This document shows positions 22,895-31,732 of a DNA stretch of 33,070 nt, in pieces. How positions within the stretch are numbered: position 1 is the stretch's first letter; each line of letters starts with the position of its first letter. Under the pieces are notes generated by a model. That model was not told where the DNA came from and searched no databases. It was given only the letters and a program-made list of their open reading frames with translations. Location of the stretch: assembly GCA_043826085.1 (NCBI GenBank), contig JBDRQW010000046.1:1-33070 (forward strand), read 5' to 3'. The position numbers and the translations under genes are program-made. Source of the stretch: Candidatus Beckwithbacteria bacterium (GTDB lineage Bacteria; Patescibacteriota; Microgenomatia; UBA1400; CG1-02-47-37).

Positions 22895-23466
22895 CCATTC
22901 CGATATTCTACATCTCTCTTCATATCTTCTTGAATTAACTTTCGTAAATATACTGCTCTCGGAACTTTTCTTTTTTTCGCAATCCAGTCTAAATAATTCC
23001 CAATCTTAGATGAAATAAAAAAGTTAAATCTGGTATCCATTTGCTCTTGAGCATAATTAATTGAAGTGGCCAATTGTTTTTTAGCATTAGTGGCCGTATA
23101 TTCAATAACTTGAACTTTATCATTATTAATAGCAGTTAAAAAAAATGGTTCTCTTCCGCTAGTATGTAATATCACTACTGGTTTTGAACTCTCTATAGCT
23201 CTATCAACCACATAACCAACAGCCAAGCTAGATATTGAACCCTCAATAATTACTACATCTGCTTTTTTAATACTATCAATAACCTTTTTATAATGTTTTC
23301 TTAACTTATCTTGAGAAATCTTATAATGATCTTCTGGTTCTACTGATATTGCAATATCAGTAACATTCTTATGACCCAATTCTTCTATAGTTTTATAAAT
23401 TTTATTATATTCTTCCCTAAACTCAGTTAAACCTTTAGGGGATGCAGCAAAAAAAACTTTCATCAA
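22891..23466 (-). CDS. Fusion protein: nucleoside 2-deoxyribosyltransferase-like Rossmannoid domain plus C-terminal ribbon-helix-helix
   Basis: 191 aa. VFFAAS...ADVVIIEGSISSLAVGYVVDRAIESSKPVVIL (NDT-like pattern), then RFNFFISSKIGNYLDWIAKKRKVPRAVYLRKLIQEDM (CopG/RHH-like). Confidence 0.5.
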   Translation of the reverse strand: MMKVFFAASPKGLTEFREEYNKIYKTIEELGHKNVTDIAISVEPEDHYKISQDKLRKHYKKVIDSIKKADVVIIEGSISSLAVGYVVDRAIESSKPVVILHTSGREPFFLTAINNDKVQVIEYTATNAKKQLATSINYAQEQMDTRFNFFISSKIGNYLDWIAKKRKVPRAVYLRKLIQEDMKRDVEYRNG

Positions 23467-24065
23467 AACTCCCTTCGGCCCTCAAAGGCTCTATTTAAAG
23501 TTACTTCGTCAGCATACTCAAGATCAGCTCCAATTGGCAAACCTCGGCCAATACGAGACACTTCCACTTTTATATTACTCTCATTAATCAATTTTTTAAT
23601 ATACATAGCGGTTGCTTCTCCTTCCATGTTAGGATTAGTCGCCAAAATCACTTCATTTATTTTATCATCTTTTAATCTGGGTAGTAAGTCATGAATATGT
23701 AGTTCTTCAGGACCAATATTATTCAAAGGAGATAAAGCTCCTCCCAAAATATGATAAAGACCCCTATAAAAGTCTCCTTTTTCTATTGCCAATAAATCAA
23801 GCGGTTGCTCAATTATACAAATTTTATCTTGTTCTCTTGATCTATCAGTGCAAATTCCGCAAGGATTATTCTCTGAAATATTAAAACAAATACTACACTC
23901 TTTAGTGTCTTTCTTAAGCCTTTCTAAAGCCGTAGCAAATTTCTCAAGTTCAGACTGAGGATTATGCAGTAAATAAAAAACCAGTCTTTGGGCCGATTTC
24001 GGTCCAATTCCAGGCAATTTTTCAAATGACTCAATAAGCCTCATCACAGCCCTGGCAGTTTTCAT
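23463..24065 (-). CDS. recR: Recombination protein RecR
   Basis: LPGIGPKSAQRL helix-hairpin-helix, Cys4 finger CSICFNISENNPCGIC, Toprim region VILATNPNMEGEATA. Confidence 0.93.
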   Translation of the reverse strand: MKTARAVMRLIESFEKLPGIGPKSAQRLVFYLLHNPQSELEKFATALERLKKDTKECSICFNISENNPCGICTDRSREQDKICIIEQPLDLLAIEKGDFYRGLYHILGGALSPLNNIGPEELHIHDLLPRLKDDKINEVILATNPNMEGEATAMYIKKLINESNIKVEVSRIGRGLPIGADLEYADEVTLNRAFEGRREF

Positions 24066-24095
24066 AATCTTTACTATATCACAACTTAATTAAAT

Positions 24096-24130
24096 ATTAA
24101 GGAGACTCCTTGCAAAGGAGTCTCCTTAAT
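24096..24130. repeat. 16-bp perfect hairpin in the recR/transposase divergent intergenic region
   Basis: attaaggagactcctt-gca-aaggagtctccttaat, ending 16 nt upstream of the Y1 transposase ATG. Confidence 0.8.
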
Positions 24131-24146
24131 AGTAAGATAGCCTTAT

Positions 24147-24833
24147 ATGCCTGGGAAAAACACAATCAAGGAGTATTTTGAAGACTCTTTCTATCACATC
24201 TACAATCGAGGGGTTGAAAAAAGAATTATATTCCAAGATAAACTAGACTACAAAACATTTTTAAGTTATCTAAAATTATATTTATCTCCTCCCCTTCAAC
24301 TACCCGCAGAAATCTCTGCCGAATTTCGCCGCATTGCCGAACGAGCATCTCTCAACAACCTTTTTGGCGAAGTTAAACTAATCTCTTACTGCCTCATGCC
24401 TAATCATTTCCATTTTTTAGTCAAACAAAAACCCATTAACGGTATCGAAAAGTTTATGAGGTCAATTGGCACCAAATACACTATGTACTTCAATAAAAAA
24501 TATAAAAGAGTTGGAAAACTTTACCAAGGAACTTACAAAGCTGTTTTAGTTAAATCCGAAGCTCAATTACTTCACCTATCTCGATATATCCACCTTAACC
24601 CCGTTGTTAATCAAAAACTTGAACCAAGAAAATTACATCAAAAATTAATATCAAGTTCAAGCTACAGTAGCTATGCTAATTATCTTAAACTAAGAAACAC
24701 TACTTGGCTCAAATCCGGTGAAATCCTAGAATATTTCAACTCTGCAAATTTATCATCATCTTATCAAAACTTCGTGGAAAAACACTACACTACACCCTCA
24801 GAAGAAACCATCTCCAAGCTCCTTCTCGAATAA
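24147..24833 (+). CDS. Y1 HUH transposase, IS200-like / REP-associated tyrosine transposase (RAYT)-like
   Basis: 228 aa. YHIYNRGVEKRIIF, HUH motif CLMPNHFHFLV, YQGTYKAV, and catalytic-Tyr block SRYIHLNPV. Confidence 0.8.
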   Translation: MPGKNTIKEYFEDSFYHIYNRGVEKRIIFQDKLDYKTFLSYLKLYLSPPLQLPAEISAEFRRIAERASLNNLFGEVKLISYCLMPNHFHFLVKQKPINGIEKFMRSIGTKYTMYFNKKYKRVGKLYQGTYKAVLVKSEAQLLHLSRYIHLNPVVNQKLEPRKLHQKLISSSSYSSYANYLKLRNTTWLKSGEILEYFNSANLSSSYQNFVEKHYTTPSEETISKLLLE

Positions 24834-24841
24834 CCAAGTTA

Positions 24842-26110
24842 TCAAGTTCCTTCTTGCCAAGATCCTAAATACTTCTTTTGATCAAAAGTTAACTTTTGCA
24901 AACCCATACCCATAGATTTTAACTTTAAAGTAGCTACCATATCATCAATCTTTTGAGGCAAAACATAAACTTTATTTTCCAAACTTCCTTTATTTTTTAC
25001 CAAATACTCCGCCGCCAAACTTTGAATGGCAAAACTCATATCCATTACTTCAGCCGGGTGACCTTCAGCTGCCGCTAAATTAATCAATCTACCTTCTCCA
25101 AGTAAATACACTTTTTTATTATCTTTAAGTTGATACTCCTCCAAAAACGGACGAATTTTTATTATCTTTGTTGAAATTTCTTTTAAACCTTTAACGTTAA
25201 TCTCCACATCAAAGTGACCACTATTTGCCAATATTGCTCCATCTTTCATTTTTTTAATATGGCTAAGATCAATCACTTTTTTGTCTCCGGTAGTCGTCAA
25301 AAACACATCACCAATCTTAGCCGCTTGATTCATAGTCATCACTCTATATCCCTCCATGCCAGCTTCTAATGCTCTCACCGGATTGGCCTCAACTACCACC
25401 ACATTTGAACCCATCCCCTTGGCTCTCATTGCCACCCCTCTCCCACAATATCCAAACCCTCCTACTACAAAGGTCTTTCCCGCCAGTAAGATGTTAGTAG
25501 ATCTTAAAATCCCATCAATTGTAGATTGACCAGTCCCATAGCGATTATCAAACAAGTGTTTAGTTTGGGAATCATTAGCGGCAATTACCGACACCTTTAA
25601 AACCTTATTTTTTTCCATTGCCCTTAATCGAATTACTCCAGTTGTTGTTTCTTCAGATGATCCCCAAACTTCTTTGAGTTGATTTTTTCTTTTTGTGTGA
25701 AGTAGCGAAACCAAATCAGCCCCATCATCCATCGTCACTTGAGGTTTACAATCCAAAACTTCATTTAAGTGCTTATAATATCTTTTATTATCCTCACCCT
25801 TAATTGCAAAAGTGGAGATATTAAAGTCTTTAACCAAACTAGCCGCTACGTCATCTTGAGTTGATAAAGGATTAGAAGCACAAAGTGCCAAACTAGCTCC
25901 ACCGGCTTTCAAAGCCAACATTAAGTTAGCCGTCTCGCTAGTAACATGAAGACAAGCACTCAAGTTAATCCCTTTAAGTGGTTTATCTTTTAAAAATCTC
26001 CCTTCAATCTTCCTTAAAACCGGCATCTGTTTTCTAGCCCACTCAATTCTCAACTTACCAGCTCGAGCTAACTTTAAATCTTTAACATCATGTTTAATCA
26101 TGTTTAGCAA
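24842..26110 (-). CDS. ahcY: Adenosylhomocysteinase
   Basis: 422 aa. VKDLKLA..G...[15 protein letters not shown] site [25 protein letters not shown]. Confidence 0.92.
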   Translation of the reverse strand: MLNMIKHDVKDLKLARAGKLRIEWARKQMPVLRKIEGRFLKDKPLKGINLSACLHVTSETANLMLALKAGGASLALCASNPLSTQDDVAASLVKDFNISTFAIKGEDNKRYYKHLNEVLDCKPQVTMDDGADLVSLLHTKRKNQLKEVWGSSEETTTGVIRLRAMEKNKVLKVSVIAANDSQTKHLFDNRYGTGQSTIDGILRSTNILLAGKTFVVGGFGYCGRGVAMRAKGMGSNVVVVEANPVRALEAGMEGYRVMTMNQAAKIGDVFLTTTGDKKVIDLSHIKKMKDGAILANSGHFDVEINVKGLKEISTKIIKIRPFLEEYQLKDNKKVYLLGEGRLINLAAAEGHPAEVMDMSFAIQSLAAEYLVKNKGSLENKVYVLPQKIDDMVATLKLKSMGMGLQKLTFDQKKYLGSWQEGT

Positions 26111-26114
26111 TATA

Positions 26115-27059
26115 TCACAAATCTAAACTTTCACCAAAGTTTTCTTTATATCTTTTTTTAAATTCACTTAGACTAAATTTATGTGTTTGAGTCCCATATT
26201 CCTCAACCGTGTAAACTGCCGCTAACGCCCCTATTCTCCCACAAACAGCCAAAGGTAAATTATTTATGTATCCCGTCACAAATCCAGAACGATAAGCATC
26301 ACCGGCCCCCGTCGGATCAGAAATATTTTTAGGTTTAACTACCGGAATCTTAAGCTTTTTATCGTTAGTTTCTATCAACGACCCACTTGAACCCAAAGTA
26401 GTAATTAATATTTTATCCTTCTTTAATAGTTGGGATTTTTTTAAACCTGTCTTTTTTAACATCAAGATAATCTCATAATCGTTACCTATCAATACTCTGG
26501 CTTTATTTACTCCCAATCTTAGTTCTTCTACCGGCAAATTTGGAATTTGAAAAGCCGGATCAAACAAAAATAAATAACCAAAAGAACTACATTCTGTTAC
26601 ATACTTTGCCATTGCTTTTGGATCATTCGGGCCAATCACCACCAACTCATCCTCATTAACCAACTTTTTTAAAGTCAACCTAATTGCTTGTTTCATCGCC
26701 CCTTCAAAAAATCCCCAAATCTGATTATCATCTCTATCAGTCATTACAAAACCGGTAGCACTAACCAAATCCTTACAAACCTTAATCTGACTGGTATCTA
26801 CCCCAACGCTTTCCAAATGAGCTCTATATTCAAGTTCAAAATCAGCCCCAACACTTGCAATCAATTTTGATTTAACTCTCAATAAACCCAAACCATAAGC
26901 CATATTACCCCCTGTTCCACCCTTTTCCCGACGTAATTTATTCATCAAAAAACTCACATTTAACATATGAATCTTATCTGGCATAATATGGTCTTTAAAC
27001 CTGCCAGGCATTGACATAATATGGTCAAAAGCCACACTTCCGGTTATGATCACTTTCAT
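26115..27059 (-). CDS. PfkB-family carbohydrate/nucleoside kinase (adenosine kinase-like)
   Basis: 314 aa. [11 protein letters not shown] and [13 protein letters not shown] are the PfkB signatures. The position next to ahcY suggests adenosine as substrate; this is an inference. Confidence 0.78.
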   Translation of the reverse strand: MKVIITGSVAFDHIMSMPGRFKDHIMPDKIHMLNVSFLMNKLRREKGGTGGNMAYGLGLLRVKSKLIASVGADFELEYRAHLESVGVDTSQIKVCKDLVSATGFVMTDRDDNQIWGFFEGAMKQAIRLTLKKLVNEDELVVIGPNDPKAMAKYVTECSSFGYLFLFDPAFQIPNLPVEELRLGVNKARVLIGNDYEIILMLKKTGLKKSQLLKKDKILITTLGSSGSLIETNDKKLKIPVVKPKNISDPTGAGDAYRSGFVTGYINNLPLAVCGRIGALAAVYTVEEYGTQTHKFSLSEFKKRYKENFGESLDL

Positions 27060-27358
27060 TAATTTCCCCCCATCGGGCCTTGACCTTTTAACATCCCAGT
27101 TAAACCACCGCTCATTTCAGCTAATTTTTTAGCCGCCATTTCTTGAGATTTTTTAATAGCCTTATTAATTAACTCCAAAACCCTAATATTAGTCATACCA
27201 TCAATTTCAAGACTTTTTAATTTTTGATCTCCGGTAATTACTATCTTAATTCCATCTTCACTAATCTCAATTTCCTCTTGGGCTAACTGTTTTTGAATAG
27301 TCATAGCCTGGTCACGCATTTTTTTTAGTTGACCTAGTTGTTTTACTTTATCAAACAT
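27059..27358 (-). CDS. ybaB: YbaB/EbfC nucleoid-associated protein
   Basis: 99 aa. QLKKMRDQAMTIQKQL....IE.S.DG.KIVITGDQKLKSLEID. Directly downstream of dnaX, as in most bacteria. Confidence 0.88.
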   Translation of the reverse strand: MFDKVKQLGQLKKMRDQAMTIQKQLAQEEIEISEDGIKIVITGDQKLKSLEIDGMTNIRVLELINKAIKKSQEMAAKKLAEMSGGLTGMLKGQGPMGGN

Positions 27359-27361
27359 TAA

Positions 27362-28816
27362 TTAATTCACCTCCACTCCAAAAACTTCTTCTGCTGTTGT
27401 TACAATATCATCTGTAACTTCAGCAGTAATATTTTTAGCTTTATCTCCCAATAAAAACCTAACCCTAGTCGGTTGACTCAAAACTTCTGATACCACCTGT
27501 TCAATAATTTGCCTGTATCTATCTGCCTCAAGTCTCTCTTTGTGAAACTGATAAAAAACCTCCAAAACCAAAAACTCACCATCAAAGCCACTTGGTTTGG
27601 TGGACCTAAGCAAAGCTTCAATTGAGTGATTGTGGGGCTTCATCGCCGCCATTACCTCTCCCCATTTAGCTATTACTGAATCAAGGCTGACTTTACCGGA
27701 CCGAACTTTTAACTCAGGAGTCTTTAGCTCAGAAACTTTTTCTTCAGTTGCCTTAGGCATTTCAATCACTTTAATCCTCTCAGTTTGATTACCCCACTTC
27801 ACCACCGCTAACTCCAAAGATAAGCTTTCTATCACCGATCCTTTAATTTCTCTTGCGGCCCTATGAAATAAATCGATCAATTCTTTTAATTTATTAATAT
27901 CATCAATCTCTTCAATGTCCTCGCCTTCTTCTACTCTTAATTTAATCATCAAGACTTCTCTCAGTCTCTCAACTATATCAACCCCCAACTGCCTTACATT
28001 CATACCACCATTAATAACTTTAGCCAACCAACCTAAAGCTTTTTTAATTTCCTTTCTATAAACCATTCCCAAAAAATCATCAATCAAAACTTCGCTCGCT
28101 CCTCCTAAAAAAAATTCCTTAACCTTCTTTGAAGTTATTTTCTTTCCTCCAAACGATAATTGTTCCAATACTTTAACTCCATCTCTAAAACTCCCTCCGG
28201 AATTCTTGGCAATCAAAACCAAATCATTGTCTAAAATCTTTAGGTTTTCTCCTTTAACAATTCTTTTTAAAGACCTAACTATCTCACTAACCTTGCCTTT
28301 ACTAAACTCCACCTTAACGCATCTTGAAACAATAGTTCCGGGAATTTTATGAGGTTCGGTGGTGCACAAAATAAATTTCGCATGTTTGGGCGGCTCTTCT
28401 AAAGTTTTTAATAAAGCATTAAAGGCCTCAATAGTTAACATATGGACTTCATCAATAATATAAATCTTAAACTTTAAAACACTTGGCACCAATTTAATCT
28501 TTTCTCGAAGCTCTCTAATGTCATCAATCCCTCGATTCGAAGCCGCATCAATCTCAATAATATCCAAAGATCTGCCCTCAATAATCAACTTGCAGGCCTC
28601 ACACTTATTGCATGGCTCCCCGGCTTTTGGTTTTAAACAATTAACCGCCTTAGCCACAATCCTGGCACTGGAAGTTTTCCCGGTTCCCTTAGGTCCAACA
28701 AACAAAAAAGCATGGGGAGTATCTTTTGCTTTTAACAACTCTCCCAAAGAATTTCTAACCTTCTCTAGGTCCAGTTCTAAAATTGTTTGCGGTCGATACT
28801 TTAAATAATAAGCCAT
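27362..28816 (-). CDS. dnaX: DNA polymerase III gamma/tau subunit
   Basis: 484 aa. YRPQT, Walker A GPKGTGKTS, zinc module CNKCEAC, DEVHML, SRC. Confidence 0.92.
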   Translation of the reverse strand: MAYYLKYRPQTILELDLEKVRNSLGELLKAKDTPHAFLFVGPKGTGKTSSARIVAKAVNCLKPKAGEPCNKCEACKLIIEGRSLDIIEIDAASNRGIDDIRELREKIKLVPSVLKFKIYIIDEVHMLTIEAFNALLKTLEEPPKHAKFILCTTEPHKIPGTIVSRCVKVEFSKGKVSEIVRSLKRIVKGENLKILDNDLVLIAKNSGGSFRDGVKVLEQLSFGGKKITSKKVKEFFLGGASEVLIDDFLGMVYRKEIKKALGWLAKVINGGMNVRQLGVDIVERLREVLMIKLRVEEGEDIEEIDDINKLKELIDLFHRAAREIKGSVIESLSLELAVVKWGNQTERIKVIEMPKATEEKVSELKTPELKVRSGKVSLDSVIAKWGEVMAAMKPHNHSIEALLRSTKPSGFDGEFLVLEVFYQFHKERLEADRYRQIIEQVVSEVLSQPTRVRFLLGDKAKNITAEVTDDIVTTAEEVFGVEVN

Positions 28817-28830
28817 AAATTTGTTCCGAT

Positions 28831-29082
28831 TTAATCGTGATGAACACCTAACAAATGTAGCATAGCATGCCTAATTAAAAAAGGCGCACTATTACCATTT
28901 TTTTTAGCTTGGCTTTTACAAATTACAATATCTCCCAGTCTCACCACTCCATCAGGCCCCAACTTCATATCATCCAAAGGAAAAGATAACACATCAGTCG
29001 CTTGATTTTTCTTCCGATATTTTTTATTTAAATCCTTAATTTTTTTTTCACTTACAAAAGACAAATCAGCTACCACTTTCAT
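28831..29082 (-). CDS. ybeY: Endoribonuclease YbeY, unusually short (83 aa)
   Basis: LNKKYRKKNQATDVLSFP, with metal motif HAMLHLLGVHHD at the extreme C-terminus. Lacks about 35 N-terminal residues of typical YbeY. Confidence 0.65.
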   Translation of the reverse strand: MKVVADLSFVSEKKIKDLNKKYRKKNQATDVLSFPLDDMKLGPDGVVRLGDIVICKSQAKKNGNSAPFLIRHAMLHLLGVHHD

Positions 29083-29351
29083 AAATAACTTTTAATTATT
29101 CCAAGCTCTATTTCTTCTTTTTCCGCCAACTCCAAACGGTTAGCTTGTTTATATATTATAATAGCATCTTGTCTTTTTTTAGCCTCTTTGTTAATTATTT
29201 TAATTTCTTCCTCTTCATTCAAATTCTCCTGTTTCTCAATCTCTTTATTTTTCAAAGCCGCCATCAAACAACGTAACACCAGCATCCTGCTAGTGTCTCT
29301 TTGCTTCATAGCTGATTTTAAATCAATTAAGAACTTCTGGCTCTTACCCAT
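29079..29351 (-). CDS. yqeY: GatB/YqeY-domain protein, N-terminal half only (90 aa)
   Basis: LKSAMKQRDTSRMLVLRCLMAALKNKEI...EEIKIINKEAKKRQDAI..Y..A.R.ELAEKEE.E..IIKSYL, then a stop. The annotated start overlaps the rpsU end by 25 nt. Confidence 0.62.
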   Translation of the reverse strand: MGKSQKFLIDLKSAMKQRDTSRMLVLRCLMAALKNKEIEKQENLNEEEEIKIINKEAKKRQDAIIIYKQANRLELAEKEEIELGIIKSYL

Positions 29352-29542
29352 TTTAACCTCTTTCTTCTTTTGCTAAGTCTCTTAAACTCAGCCATTTTTT
29401 CTTTCTTTTTAACTGATGGTTTTTTATGAAATTCTCTTTCTTTCAACTGAGTCAAAAGCTGGCTCTGTAAAATCTTTTTTTTGAATTTTCTAATCACTTG
29501 ATCAGAAGAATCTCCTGGTTGTGCTTTAACTACTATTGGCAT
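29327..29542 (-). CDS. rpsU: Ribosomal protein S21
   Basis: 71 aa. IRKFKKK......L..LKEREFH.KPS.KKKEK is the S21 pattern. Confidence 0.85.
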   Translation of the reverse strand: MPIVVKAQPGDSSDQVIRKFKKKILQSQLLTQLKEREFHKKPSVKKKEKMAEFKRLSKRRKRLKWVRARSS

Positions 29543-30399
29543 TACTGCCTGACACCCCCTTTAATACTTTTTGTTATTTCTATTAACTCACTTAAAGTTA
29601 AAGTACTAGGCTTAATCTTAGGATTATGCCTAGAACCATTTAGGATTATATGCTTACTGGAGTGAAAAAACCAGTCGGCCTTAGTATCTTTTTTTATTAA
29701 TTCTTCATACAACTCTGTCAAGTCTAGCTCTTTTTTAGGTTGAGACTTAATTGAAACAAAATTTGTTTTTGGTTCTTTTCTAACCACCAAATTAAAACCC
29801 TTCTTTTGAGCCAGCTTGCTCACCCTACTTATCTTAGTTTCAATTCCCAATGACCGCCCCCAGTAAGACTCAAACTCAACTCCTCTCTCTAACTCTTCTT
29901 CAGTGGCCACCTTTTGCCTAAATCCAAACAAAATCGCATCCAGTAGCTTTTCTCCTACTTCCACCAATTCCCTATCTTTTAACTGACCGGATAACTTCAA
30001 ATGATCAAAAATATGGTGTAAACAAAAATCATAACGATCATTGTTACTGTCGTCCCAAAAAAAATCTTCAAAATTATCTATTTGATTAACAATTTTTACA
30101 ATTCTCTCAAGGCCACTTTGATATTTTAAAGCGACTTTTTTCTCACACTTTAAATAATTAAAGACCAACTCAGCCGCACAAGTCCGACTATCCAACTGAT
30201 GATGATCAAACCCGCCCAAGCCGGTATCTACATGAACAATACTTGGATCACTATCAACCATTTCATTATTCAAAGTAGTTCCTGCCGGAACAAACTTTAT
30301 ATCAGCATTATCAAATTCACTATCAAATTTTCTTAGCAACCAAATACTGCTAATCGCATCCAGGTCCGGGAATATATGGGTTACAATTATCTTACTCAT
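29542..30399 (-). CDS. DHH-family phosphoesterase-like protein
   Basis: 285 aa. THIFPDLDAISS (DxD motif) and VDTGLGGFDHHQ (DHH motif). No DHHA1 tail recognised. Confidence 0.5.
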   Translation of the reverse strand: MSKIIVTHIFPDLDAISSIWLLRKFDSEFDNADIKFVPAGTTLNNEMVDSDPSIVHVDTGLGGFDHHQLDSRTCAAELVFNYLKCEKKVALKYQSGLERIVKIVNQIDNFEDFFWDDSNNDRYDFCLHHIFDHLKLSGQLKDRELVEVGEKLLDAILFGFRQKVATEEELERGVEFESYWGRSLGIETKISRVSKLAQKKGFNLVVRKEPKTNFVSIKSQPKKELDLTELYEELIKKDTKADWFFHSSKHIILNGSRHNPKIKPSTLTLSELIEITKSIKGGVRQ

Positions 30400-31661
30400 T
30401 TTAGCTTGCTTAATACTTGATCTAAAAATAATAACTCTTGCTTATTACTATCTCTTCTCTTCCATTCAACTTTTACTTGCCCCGAGTATTCACCAAGGGT
30501 CTTTTTGGAAACGACCAACCTAATCGGACAACCAATTAAATCCGCATCTTTAAACTTTATTCCGGCTGACTCATCCCTATCATCCCATAAAACTTCTATA
30601 TTCTTATCCACCAACATTCTATAAACTTCCTCGGTCTTTTTTTCCACCCCCTCTAGTCCTATCAAATAAACCTGAAACGGCGCCACTATCTTTGGCCACA
30701 TTAAACCTTTGTCATCATGAAATACTTCCGCATAAGTTCCCATTACCCTGGTAGGTCCAATCCCATAACTACCAAACCAAACCGGTTTTCTAACACCCTT
30801 TTTATCTGTATAAAATACTTTCATTTTTTCAGCATACATAGTTCCAAGCGGGAAAATATTAGCCACCTCAATTGATTTTGCAGTTATAACTTTTCCCTGC
30901 CTGCCGGCAGGCAGGCCTTTTTTAACACATTTAGGGCATTTATCGCCTTCTTTAAATTTATAAATCTCACTATTAGCCCCCCAATCACACTCTTTGCAAT
31001 AATAAATTGTATCTTCACCCGCCTCACATATCACTTGAATTTCGTGAGTATTTTTATCGGTAAACACCCCGCCGTCAGCTTCAGTCACTCGGTAGCTAAA
31101 ACCCAATCTATCAAATATTTTTTTATAAGCCTCCAGCACTTTGAAGTAATAATCCATTAAATCTTCTTCAGTGGTATGAGCCGAATACAAATCCTTCATC
31201 ATAAATTCCCTGCCCCGTAAAATCCCTGACCTGGCCCTTAATTCATTTCTAAATTTGGTCGAAAAATGATATATTGCTACCGGTAGATCCTTGTAACTGA
31301 CAATGTGTTTTCTAAGTAAATCCATCACAATCTCTTCGTGAGTAAAACTCAAAACATATTCTCTATCTCTTTGATCTTTTAATTTATACATTATCTCATC
31401 CGCCTTATCCCACCTACCGGTCTCGTTCCAAATTGCTTTAGGGTGAAGTAACGGCATCAACATTTCTTGCCCCCCAATCGCATTTATCTCTTCCCGAATC
31501 ACCTGATTAATTTTATTGACTACCCGCCAACCTAATGGCAATAAAGTCCACGACCCGGCCATTAATTGATCCATAAAACCGGCCTGAACCAATAACTCAT
31601 GATTTTTGCTTTCGGCTTTAATTTTTCTCTTAGCTTTAGGAAACAATTTCGAATAACGCAT
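30396..31661 (-). CDS. proS: Proline--tRNA ligase, bacterial type without the INS editing domain
   Basis: MRYSKLF...SHELLVQAGF..Q..AG.W..LPLG, FTHEEIV, motif 2 FRNELRARSGILRGREFMMKDLYS, Cys pairs CKEC...CPKC, and GSYGIGPTR. I place the start at M11 (31661) by similarity to the usual MR.S.LF start. Confidence 0.9.
   Translation of the reverse strand: MRYSKLFPKAKRKIKAESKNHELLVQAGFMDQLMAGSWTLLPLGWRVVNKINQVIREEINAIGGQEMLMPLLHPKAIWNETGRWDKADEIMYKLKDQRDREYVLSFTHEEIVMDLLRKHIVSYKDLPVAIYHFSTKFRNELRARSGILRGREFMMKDLYSAHTTEEDLMDYYFKVLEAYKKIFDRLGFSYRVTEADGGVFTDKNTHEIQVICEAGEDTIYYCKECDWGANSEIYKFKEGDKCPKCVKKGLPAGRQGKVITAKSIEVANIFPLGTMYAEKMKVFYTDKKGVRKPVWFGSYGIGPTRVMGTYAEVFHDDKGLMWPKIVAPFQVYLIGLEGVEKKTEEVYRMLVDKNIEVLWDDRDESAGIKFKDADLIGCPIRLVVSKKTLGEYSGQVKVEWKRRDSNKQELLFLDQVLSKLK
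30896..30915. repeat. 20-nt perfect GC-rich palindrome inside the proS CDS
   Basis: cctgcctgcc|ggcaggcagg, encoding LPAGRQG just after the CPKC pair. Confidence 0.75.
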
Positions 31662-31732
31662 ATAAACCACTTTACCAAAAATCTTCCTCACACTCTATAC
31701 CAATCTATAGCGTCACTCCTCACTAGCCTCTT

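Noticed and set aside
27362-28816. Programmed ribosomal frameshift site in dnaX (A AAA AAG type).
   Set aside because: I found no A-AAA-AAG heptamer followed by a stem-loop on the coding strand. The single 484-aa product is the simplest reading.
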